Of a stretch of DNA of 64,000 nt, positions 37,217-48,329 are shown piece after piece. The notes beneath the pieces are model-generated. The model did no database searches, was not told where the DNA came from, and worked only from the letters and a program-made list of their open reading frames with translations. This DNA comes from Curvularia clavata (Eukaryota): NCBI GenBank assembly GCA_023920165.1, contig CP089278.1, positions 930,001 through 994,000 on the forward strand. The letters run 5' to 3'. Positions within the stretch are counted from its first letter, which is position 1. Every line of letters starts with the position of its first letter. The translations under genes were made by a program, and so were the position numbers.

Positions 37217-38808
37217 ATGTCCAAGGCACCGCAGAAAGCGCTGAACATTGGCAACATCAACCCGCACGTCAAGGCAGCCCAATATGCTGTGCGCGGTGAA
37301 CTAGCTGTCAAGTCAGAAGAGTACCGCGCCAAGTTGGCAAAGGGTCAGGGAAACGACCTGCCTTTTGATACTGTCATTGCCGCCAACATCGGAAACCCCC
37401 AGCAACTAGACCAGAAGCCCATCACATTCTTCAGGCAGGTTGCGAGTATACTCGAGAACCCGGGACTGCTCGAGCACGAGGATGTTTTGATCAAGAGTCT
37501 GGGATACAAGCCCGATGTTGTCGAGCGTGCGAAGAAGCTTCTGAAGGAGGTCAAGAGCGTAGGCGCATACAGCCAGAGTCAGGGTGCTCCCGGCATCAGG
37601 CAGAGCGTAGCAGAGTATATTGAGCGTATGTACCACAGTGCCTCCAAATGCAGGCTTCCAGCTGACAGAATACAGGACGAGATGGCTACCCGGCCAAGTT
37701 CGAGGACATCTACCTCAGCAACGGTGCCTCATCCGGTGTCAACACACTTCTTCATACCATCTGCGCCAAGCCCGAGACCGGTATCATGGTCCCCATTCCT
37801 CAGTATCCTCTTTACACTGCTACTCTTTCTGTCCTCGACGCTCGCTGCGTACCATACTACCTTGAGGAGGAGCAGGCCTGGGGCACATCGCTCGAGTCCA
37901 TCCGAACAGCCTATGAAAAGGCCGTTAGCGAGGGCACCGATGTCAAGGCCATCTGTGTCATCAACCCAGGCAATCCTACAGGTGCCTCGCTTTCTGCCGC
38001 AGATATCAAGGCTGTTCTCCAGTTTGCCGCTGAAAAGAGCCTGGTCGTCATCGCAGACGAAGTTTACCAGACCAACGTCTTCATTGGCGAGTTCATCTCT
38101 TTCAAGAAGGCTCTCCGTGACCTGCAAAAGGAATCACCAGGCCAATACGACCACCTGGAGCTGGCCTCTCTCCACTCTGTTTCCAAGGGCATGGTTGGCG
38201 AGTGTGGACACCGCGGAGGATACTTTGAGCTCGTTGGTTTCGACCCAGAGGTTGCGCAGGAGGTTTACAAGTTCATTTCCATTCAGCTGTGCCCACCAGT
38301 CGTCGGCCAGTGCATCGTCGAGATGATGGTCAACCCACCCAAGGAGGGTGAGCCGAGTTACCCGCTGTACAAGGAGGAGTACGATGGCATCTTCAATGGA
38401 TTGAAGAAGCGCGCATACGCTCTGTATGAGGCATTCAAGCAGATGGAGGGTGTAGAGTGTGACGAGCCCCAGGTCAGTGCAATCCCGGGGTCCCCCTTGC
38501 TATTCTTCTTACCTCGGAACATCGAACACACAGCATACTAACAATCAATCTAGGGTTCCATGTACCTCTTCCCCACCATCCACCTTCCAGAGAAGGCCGT
38601 TCAGCAGGCCAAGAAAGAGGGCCGCGCTCCAGATGAGTTCTACTGCTTCCGCATGCTGGACGCAACGGGTGTTTGCGTCGTCGCTGGAACCGGTTTTGGC
38701 CAAAAGGAGGGCACCCTGCATTTCAGGACAACCTTCCTTGCGCCCGGCACTGACTGGACCGGGCGTATTGTCAAGTTCCACGAGGACTTTATGAAGGAGT
38801 TCAAGTAG
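37217..38808 (+). CDS. ALT1: Alanine aminotransferase (PLP-dependent, class I)
   Basis: YAVRGEL, ANIGNPQQL, INPGNPTG, ADEVYQ, PLP-lysine motif SVSKGMVGECGHRGGY and HFRTTFL. Introns at about 37626-37675 and 38473-38553. Confidence 0.95.
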
Positions 38809-39304
38809 TTTGCACGTTGATCTAAGATGGGGACTGTGAAATGAAGAACACATAGGATCTCGCCATGATGAAAATGGCTGCATTAGAAATGATAGAGATT
38901 CACTTTCAACCAGTCTCCTGTCTCCTATTGTGTTTCTACTATGAATACTGCATCTGAAGTTAGTCCCGAGGAGCAGCATCACGGCGAGGTGGGGCGGGGT
39001 AAACACTGTTCCCGGCCTAGGAGCGCGCATTACAACTGCCGTGGTGTACCTGAATGGACCCCGGTCTTGGTCCGTGCAGCATGACATCGGACGTGTAGGT
39101 AGCGGCAGCGGCATATGTACGTGCTTGCACGCCTTTACATCGTGTTTAGCCATGTGATCCAACCTAGATCCTCTTATCTGCATTCTTTCACCTCTGTTTC
39201 TCATCTGTCCTGTCCTGTTTCTTTTTCTTTCCCGTGCTTCTACAAATTTCCTATCACGTCTCATACATACCAACCAACCACCCCCCTTTGCGCCCACAAC
39301 CAAC

Positions 39305-39784
39305 ATGTGTTCCTCACGACTCGAAACCCTACCCGATGAACTCGTTGACCTCATCATGCAACACATTCCAGATCGCCGTACCCTTTACTCTCTCTGTCTC
39401 GTATCCAAAGATATCAATCGCATCGCCACCGCGCGCCTCTATGCAAACATCGAACTCGAGAAAGACGACTTCAAGCATCTGCGGCCCCTAGCCCTTTTAT
39501 TCTGGACTTCACCACCCCACCGTGAAGCCGTGCGTTCCCTCTGCGTCCGACATGCATACGGTGGCAATCTGGATCCTTGGCCTCAGCACCCGCAGCTCGA
39601 TGCTATTATCAGGAAGAACCTTGAGTTGTATGTGAGAAGAGGCGATAGGGAGCAGTGGTTCAATGAGGTGAGAGATGGTGCGGATTCGACGAGAATTGCG
39701 AGTTTGCTGTTGAGGAGTCTGCCGCATGTGGTGACGATGCAGTTGCCGGGGTTTGAGTTGGTGGATCCGGCGGCGAGGAGGTGA
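39305..39784 (+). CDS. Short F-box-like protein
   Basis: N-terminal LETLPDELVDLIMQHI...LYSLCLVSKDINRIATARLY fits the fungal F-box-like pattern. Confidence 0.7.
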   Translation: MCSSRLETLPDELVDLIMQHIPDRRTLYSLCLVSKDINRIATARLYANIELEKDDFKHLRPLALLFWTSPPHREAVRSLCVRHAYGGNLDPWPQHPQLDAIIRKNLELYVRRGDREQWFNEVRDGADSTRIASLLLRSLPHVVTMQLPGFELVDPAARR

Positions 39785-40493
39785 AGGGAGGTGAGGGAGA
39801 TGCGTGGGGTTGCTTGAATGTGGTGGCTGGGACTGAAATATCGATGTATCCTCAAGTAGTTAGTCTTTATCCTAAACAGTGTATATATTAAAGTATAGGA
39901 GCTACTGTGTTTTACGAACGAATTGTTCAAGGTTTCTTTCTTTGTCGTAGAAAGTGTAACTGGCATGTAGAAGCCGTCTTAATCATGGTAGGATTTTGCA
40001 AGAACAGTTTGCAGAATAGGGGAAAAAGGTTGGCCCGTGATAATTTTCAGGATTCTTAACTGCCAAGCTTACCTTCCAAGAGATGGTTTCACTACTTGGT
40101 GGGTTCTTTTCAAGATCTGAATATTCTCTGATATGGTCCTTGTAAGGGCGCGGCCCCTCGACAGTGCTGCAATATCGGCACACGGATGTATAACTGGATA
40201 CAAAGACTCAGAGACCCATATTAGACTACTTAACCCACTACTAAGGGTACTACGCACCTATGGCGTAGTGAGGGCGTTGATCAGGCGTTCTGTAAGACCT
40301 ATCATCTGCCCATATAAATATAGAGAGCTAGAGCCCCGAGACAGGCATAAGTCAATCTTGCACCTTCCTCGCTCATTGCTCGCTGCTACCTGTCTTCTTA
40401 CAATCCCAGAACTAAACAATTTGTAATTGCATTTGAACTAAAGCCTACTCTACATAGTCCGAAATGTGAACATTTTATTTGTTTATACAATCG

Positions 40494-40749
40494 CTACTTT
40501 CCACTACCACCTGTCTGATTCGCATTCCTGTCGCCAGCTGATTGAGCACGCGCTGCGAAACCACCTGAAGACATGTCCTTTCCACCAAGAGCCTTGACAT
40601 CAGGTCAGTATCTAGCCCTAGTCGAGCATTTCAATCATGAGACTGACCTGGGAGGACTGAATTCTAGAAGCATCAGATTGTGTCATTGAGTTTGACTTGG
40701 CTCCGCTATTGTCGGAAGCACCGCCGCCTTTGGAGTTTGAGGAAGGCAT
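40494..40749 (-). CDS. 66-aa seed-maturation-protein (SMP/LEA-like) hydrophilin
   Basis: Missed by the ORF track. Exons 40648-40749 and 40494-40592 with intron 40593-40647 (GTCAGT..CTGAC..AAG) give MPSSNSKGGGASDNSGAKSNSMTQSDASRIQSSQALGGKDMSSGGFAARAQSAGDRNANQTGGSGK*. TATAAA lies about 85 bp upstream. Confidence 0.85.
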
Positions 40750-42194
40750 TGTGAAGTAGAAGTTTACCTTAGCTGTGAAATGTCTTAAGGGGGTTGTTGT
40801 GAACTGTCTATGCCTGACTTCGTAGTGGCCTTTATAGACCTTTGTGTGGTAAGAACGAGAACTGAGACCAAAACATGTGCGTGTAGTACAAACCCTCCAA
40901 AAGGGATGTTGGGACGCTGATCTATTGCCACCGTATTCGATCCCTTCTACATAGTAGCGGGAGTTTGATCATTCCACTGAGGAATATTGAAGTCTGCTTG
41001 TCCTTTCCAATCAGAAAGGGGAACGTAGACCGTTAGTACAGCCACCTGCGATTGCATTTTCACCCTCGCAGGTAGCAACATCGGTGAACTGTGATCGACT
41101 ATTTCTCTCTATTTGATCCTTGACAGTGAGCGATTAACTACGTACAAAAGACAGGGGCTGGAAACAACGGTATTTGTATCAGTGTTGGAGGTGAAGCTAT
41201 GCCTAATCGCCAAAGACTGTAATCTGTCACTGCTCATCTGTTCCATGTCCAAAATTGGGACCAAATACCACAAAGCAATTTCTGGCGCGCGAGCTGCACA
41301 GGATCAAATGTTGAATTCTAGTATTATGTATGACACTCGGATATTCAACAATGATCAGCAAAGTCAAGCGTAGACGAGCCAGCAAACCGCTTACTAATAA
41401 CGTGAGGGGCTGAGAGTTGTGACACGACAGCCCTTTGACTAGTTATTGACGATGATTAGTCGCTCACAGCCGAATGTGATTGTAAGCCGCGTCATTATCA
41501 CGCTCATGTTGGTGCGTAGCTGAGAATATACGACCCCTCTTTTTGTGATACCAACCGCATACGTGGTAAAGCTGGTAGCAGGTAACAAAGTTACGTAACA
41601 TCACCTTGCTGTCTCAGCCACCAAGGCTCTGACTGAAGATGCAGCTGCAAAGACCATGTTGTTGGGACTGTGATAAAACCTCTCATATGGAAAGATACTA
41701 CCAGAGACTGTATACAGCTAGGAGACTATTCAATATTGGCTTACTGCAACAGGATTTCCTATAACTCGTGACAGCGCCACGTCCTGTAGCTTCATCGGAG
41801 CACGGAATCAAAAGCTGGCTGTCTTAGTAGCAACGAATTTGGAATTGGGATTAGATTGAAATTTGCGAGGGACAGAGTAGCCCAGTAGCACCTCACAACA
41901 TACTGTAGCCCTTTTCGTTGAACAGGGGCGGTACTGATGCTCTCTTGTTAGTATACCCTTCCGCATTACATAATTGCTTGTCAAAGTATCCATAGGAATT
42001 GGTTTCGTGGACAGTTCGATTGTTCGACTAGACATCACTCTGCTGCTTGTACCGTATCTGTCATATCCTGTGGTCTTGCAATAGATACAATGAAAAGAAA
42101 AAGAGAAGAAGCAATAAAAACCTCTCCAAACTAAGAAATTGAGAATCTTAGAAAGAACTTTTGCCCTATCACACAGCCAAATCACTTCTCTGTG

Positions 42195-45100
42195 TCAACA
42201 ATATCTCACCGGCTTATGCGAATTGAAAACAAACCCAAACGGCACCCAAACAAATGCAAACAGCGCAATAGTCGTTATCGTCGGAACAGACGCATTCTGC
42301 CAGTCTCCCGGTGACTTGGTCAGCCAATAGATCCAAAAGGCAAAACTCGACAGTAGCGGGATAAGGTGGTATACGCAAAGCATCCAAAAAGAGAGTGTGT
42401 ACTCCGCCTCAATGCCCCACGCAGTGTCTTTGAGAATCTGCTTGCATTGAACGGGGAATTCGCTCTTCTTCTTAGGTATGCAGGTTATCTTGTCGCAGAG
42501 AGGTGGGAGCTGGAAACAGTCATGTAGCCATGGTCCCAACAAGGACCACTTGCAGTCGTCTTCGCAAGATTGCAGGCATACTGCAAACAAGCCTGGTTCA
42601 ATTAAGGGAATTTTTCCCTGTGGAGGTTTGGGATTGTAGTCATAATCGTCTGCGAATCCGTTGGAATCTGGTAGCCCCTCGCCGAACGAAAAGACGCGAT
42701 TGACATTGAGCTTTTCGAACTGGAGAACGTTGGTTTTATAGCGTTAAGTGGGATGTGAAGGGAGACTCACTTTGACGAAATTGCAATATTGGAATTGGAA
42801 GGGAGAAAGTAATCGCTGAAAAGACCACCGATGCTTCTTGTATCGGCTGTTCAATTCTCTGAAGAAGCGTTGGTCGTTCATTTGGCTGCAGATTTCGATC
42901 TGCTCAATCTCTAGTGACCTTCGCATACCTTGGATTCCGAAGACGACTCGGGTAGCCGCCTTTGGTGCATTTGGAGCTGGAATGGTTGGGGTGCATCTTT
43001 GTGCCTGCAGATTATTTCCCGCTCCATTATTGCTGTTGTTATTTGGTACCACACCAGATGCGTTTGTTTCGTGCGTTGCTCCAGAGGACGAAGTTCCAGG
43101 TGTGTTATTGCATGATGGTGTGTAAGCCATGGCTGCTTTTGAAGAGGTATTTCCAGATGTGGCGCTTCGTTGCCTGTTACTTTGCATGGATCTCAAGGAT
43201 GTTCTGAACATATCTTTTAGCAACATGAGCCATCCAGTTGAAGACCTCGCCACACAGCAATGACAGTTTGGTGGATGCTCGGAAGCTAGATCTAGAACCC
43301 CGCGTAAGTTTTCCGCCTGTTCCTGTGTCATCCTGGTGTACAGCATCCTCTTATGCAACTATTACAATTAGCATGACATGAGTAGCTGGTTGAAGTTTCT
43401 GATACGCACTTTCCACTGGAGATGTTGCTCTCCAATGTCCAAGTTTGGAATTCTTGGTGCCAAGGGCCACCAGTCCCACTTGTAGCCAGTATGTGATTCC
43501 AAGAATGCTTTCGCGTTGTTAACCCAACTTGTGTCGTTATTTTCGATAACTTGTAACGAACACTTCGGCGTTGTCTCGACTATTTGACGAAGAGAATGCG
43601 GCAACATCAAAAGTCGGATGTCCAGCACGAGGTTATGAAACGCTAAGCCTTGCTGCAGAAATCTTTCCGCTCCGTCGATATTGGTGAATTCATCTTCAGC
43701 CTCGGTCTCCGGCTCAGTATCAAACCCGCTATCGCTGCCACCGTCTTCCAACTGGAAATCGTTGAAGGGTGGTTGCTGAATAGCTAAAGCTGATCTTTCG
43801 TACTCTGTACCCTGCATTCTCCCCAACCAGTCCTCTAGGTATTCCTTCTCCGCTGGTTGCGCCAAGAACTTTTCCAGCGATGGCTGTTCGTTTCCGTCCT
43901 CAACTCAAGTCGATCTGCAATGCCTTCAGCTATGCCTACTCTATTTCTTCTCGATTGAAGGACTCGGGTGACTGCTTTTTCGGTTGAACTTGCTGCCTCT
44001 TTCAATAGTCTCTTGTAGTATGATTTCAGGATTCTTCTGTAGTTTGAAATGAACCGCCTTCTCTGAATTTTCTGAAGAGCCACTTCGTGTAGTAAACGCA
44101 GATCATCTAGCTGTGCAAAGAACGTCGCAAGATGATTGACAGCAAAAAGCTCCGCCCTCGACCTTGTTGTAGATATCTTTGAACCGATACTCTCATTATC
44201 TGATTGTATAGACCGAATGTCATCTGGGTATGTTTCCTCGTCGCAATAGCCAGGGGTTTGGTCAATTGACTGGTTCCCTGTAAGAGAGTCGTGCAGAACT
44301 CCTGGATCCGGTAGTGATGGAGATATGACACTGAGTGCCTGCCTCTGTGAGGCATAACCAGAATCACTTGGTGCAACGTTCGACCCGGTATTGGACTTAG
44401 AAAACTCAAGAATAAGATCCACGATAGAAATATGCCCACATAATCTAGCCGCATTTATCGCACTTCCAAAATGACCCCCTTGTGCGCTAAAGTCGGCGCC
44501 GTTGTTGAGTAGTATGCTGACTACGTCTAAGTGACCCTTAGAAGCAGCTGCTTGAAGTGCGCTGCCGTAACGTCCACCTTGTGCGTTAACATCAGCACCT
44601 TGTTGTAGTAGAAGCGTCGTGATTGTACCTAAGCCTAGATGTGCTGCGTAATAAAGCGGAGTTGCTATGCTCTCTAGACTCCTTTCCAAGTCTGCCTCAC
44701 TAAAACGATCTCCATAGTTATATAATCCGATCCAAATAGGAAGGATTAAATTTTCTTCTGAGAAGACGCGCATCGCCAACGGGATTAAGTCCTCTTTATC
44801 ATCTCCTGCCATTTGAAAGTGCATGACCCAAAACTTCGCTGCGTAATTTAGAAGTGGAGATGCCTTGAGAATACCGTGAGGAAATGGTTGCTGCAGCAGA
44901 TACTCTAAACAATCCTTTGCTATTGTTTTTTGACAATTCCCTTCTTCTAGACTGTACTGATACGCCCGTCCTTGCTTGATCCTGTCGGAAAAAAGATACT
45001 GCCGGATAGAACAGGATTGCGGAAAATCGTAAGGACGCTGTCGCGCAACCATGATATCTTGCTGTTCCGAGCCCACAATTCCCATTTTACTTAATGAATG

Positions 45101-47011
45101 GTCGATGAGAGCATGTGTGAGAGCTGTGGAAGCAAAATTTGGATATTCTGCGAGGTCAAGAGCAATAATTTCCTCAATGTCGAGGGATTTCAGAGGCCGC
45201 GCCGAAAATGCCAACCACTTTAATATACGCCGAAAATTTGAGGCGGTTTTCTGACCTATTGAGCAAAGTATACTGTCATATTGATCATCTTTCCATTTTG
45301 CCAAGCGCTCGTCATGGCGTAGCCTTTGAATATCTACCTGTATATCTTCCATAGACACAACTTCTCGCGCATTGAAATAGCGTCCCAGCGGTTTCGCAAG
45401 CTCTACGTGTTCTCGACTGGTCACAAGGATGTGTATTTTATTAGAGTGCCAGTCCATTATTTGTTGAATTGTCCCCATTAATACATTACGTCGCATCCGG
45501 CATTCATCGAGAGCGTCCAGAACAATGTAGATGTGGGTGAAATATGGCCATAGGTGCCTCAGACATCTTAGAAGTGCGCCAGTTGACCGTTTCCAGCTTT
45601 TCAAGTCGGCTTGGTGAGCTTTGAAAAATACCATAATATCATCAGGTATCGTAGTCAAATTTTGCAGAAGTTGGTGGAGCAACGAACGAAGCATTGGTCT
45701 TGCATCCTGTTTTTGTTCATCATTGATGTCGAAATAGAAATATGCCGCCACCATGCTCGCATCACCATGGCAGTGTTGCTGTAGATTTTCAATCACAGTG
45801 GCACTCAAGATTGTTTTTCCAGATCCTGGGGTTCCTTGAACCCATAATCTTGATGAAACCACGCGGTCTTTCCATTCTCTGAATTCTGCACTATTCAGAA
45901 ACCATAGTCCAGTGCCAGGTTCTCGTTGCTTGAGAGCTTTTCGGTAATTTGTGGAAGGATCAGGTGCCAAAAGCCAGCGATAGATCTTGTCACGCCGATC
46001 TTTGTCCTGTGTTGCTTTCTGTAGCTGCTCCAGTGCGCGTGCTTTGTCCTCAGCGGATGCTGTAAGCGTTGAACATCCAAACATGCCAAGAAGACAGTAT
46101 ACACTGCTTCTTTTGCAGATTGCTCTTCGACGTTGAGATAAAGGCAAGACTACTTGAGGATCTGAGAGAGGCAGATTGTTGAGTAGAGACAAATCAGTCA
46201 CTGATAAAGTCTTGCTAGCGCACCCCATGGCCTCTTGTATAACATTCAGCAGCGACGTTCTGTCCCCTAGCCGTGTTCCGTCTCTAGAGAAAAACTCCAC
46301 AGATGAAGGTACCACAAGATCCAGGAACGTATAACAGTGAGTGAACCAAGTAGATTTCTTGAAGGCCGACTCGCCTTCGCCCTCTAAGGACCTACTATGG
46401 ACGTCTGAGAGGAGGACATAGCAAGTTTGAGCGTTCTTAAGTAGTTCAAATGTAGCGTCGATAGTCTGTTTTACCTCCGAGCTGTGTGCGCGGTTGACGC
46501 AGCAAGATTCAATCCAGAAGTAATTTAGGCCATGATCCTTCGCCTGTTGTGCGCAAAAATGAATCTTTTCCCAGCCATTCCCTTTGATGGCACCAATGTT
46601 CCGTCGAAGACGAGGACGAAGACGCTTCAGATCATTATAAGCCACATCGCCGTTCTCCGATGCATACGAGACGACTGCGTACGGAGGAATGTCATCATGA
46701 AGAGTGTCGAAATGTTTCAGGGTGAGTTTCCCATCACGTGTGATATGTAGCAGTCGCATGGGTTGGTAGGCGAAAACGTTTTGTTCGTCTCCTAACCCAA
46801 CGAGCGAACTATCAACCCTCATGTCCATGACCGTGTCGTCGACCTTCCGGCTATCGCTGAGCACCTCGAAGTTATCATCGAAAAGCCAGTCAAGATCCTC
46901 GCTTTCAGAACTCGCAAGTCCGTTGCCGGCTTTGAGGTAGTTGCCGTTTGGCTCACTGGTTTGGTAGCCGCCGTCTTTGTCATACTGATTGCCGGCCGTA
47001 TCCATTGTCAT
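42195..47011 (-). pseudogene. Degenerate HET-NACHT-ankyrin NLR fused to a C-terminal two-TM uncharacterised domain; frameshift at about 43901 (a truncated product ending at 43835 is still possible)
   Basis: HET-like region from 46759, Walker A GTPGSGKT, Walker B IVLDALDE and ANK repeats (TPLYYAAHLG, SALQAAASKG). A -1 shift near 43901 joins EDGNEQPSLEKFLAQPAEKEYLEDWL...WDWWPL. Introns at 43359-43409 and 42720-42770 lead to WGIEAEY..FWIYWL..GDWQNASVP and TGA 42195. Confidence 0.75.
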
Positions 47012-48329
47012 GGGACGCTGGTCAGTGTTGTCACCCCGATTTGGGCATATGCAGTGCCGATATCTGGATGTGGAAAGGATTTCTAGATCTTCGCAGCAAA
47101 TTGGAAGAGACGATACCGAATGATTGATTCGCTCGTGTAGATTATGTGAATTGAGCTGTGAGGGAGTAGCTGAGTGCAGCTCTTGTTGGGGCAGGCTGAA
47201 TCTAACAGCCAGCCTGGTAGGCTCAGCCACACTGCGGGGTGCAAGGCAAGGCACGCAAGGCTGAAGGGTTACAATCGCGATTGGCGGCCTCTCATAGCGC
47301 GAGAGGAAGTCTTTGCCTCACCTACGATCTTCGTAAGCTGTAGCCTGCTGTAAGCGCCTGTTAAAACTCTGCACAGCTGACTTCCTCTGCTGTAGACTCG
47401 AAGTACAGCGCAGCGACGACGACCTAGATGCAGAATGTTTTTAAAGATAATCGAGAATCATCAATAAGATGGTCGTGTTTTGAGATTACGAGATTAGAAG
47501 AGATTCGCATGGTCAGCGGCGGACGTAGGTTTCATGATGGCTACATTTTAGACCTAGATAGAGTTGAGATTCTAACGAAGGATGTAATATATTATCAAGA
47601 TCAACATGTCTTCATTTCAGCTGACAAGGCGATAACGTAATAGAATTGTAGTTAGTAGAGGTATTGTTAGAGAGTCGAAGCATGACAAGCGCTTAACAAA
47701 GTATAGAATAGCTAATAGTATAGTTACAAGTCTTATATACAGCCCGGCAGTTAGGTAGAGGAAGTCACAACCCTATTGCCAATGACTAGTTTGTTTATAG
47801 GAATAAACCTGTGTGTAGGCTTAAGTCACTATATGTTTGATGCGTTTCTTATTTTCTTCGGGACATGGGTGTCTTTCGCCACACAGGGTGAGGTTAATTG
47901 GTGATTGGTGGTGGCGACGCCAGTAGTAGCCTGGCGATGCCAACAATTACACTAGGGAGTTTTCACCACTCCTCGCTGCAGCATTATCAGCCGTACTGTG
48001 ACAACTCTCTGATTTCGTTGGCTCAGTGCTGCTGGCACTTCAGCTATGGCTATGCCGTGAGGCGCTTTCGTCGCTCCCTCCGCATAGACTGATTGGCTGA
48101 CTACTTGCTTATAGCGCCTAGTATGCAGTATCACTAACCAAACTCTACGCTCAGCTGAATCGAAACCTAGACTAGTGATCAGAACGCGATACCTCACAAC
48201 TAAGCCACGACGATCCAGTTTCGCACTAGGGAATGCCTTAAGCCAATCCACCCAGATTAAATCACGAATATTTAGAGCAGTTCAGCGCCGCCCGGCATAG
48301 GTCAGACGCTGCCGCCCTCTCTAGCCACC

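Noticed and set aside
47221..47380. GCTCAGCCACA and TGCACAGCTGA, shared with the repeat arms, upstream of the second HET gene
   Set aside because: Spacing is about twice that in the arms and the intervening sequence does not align, so it cannot be called a remnant of the element.
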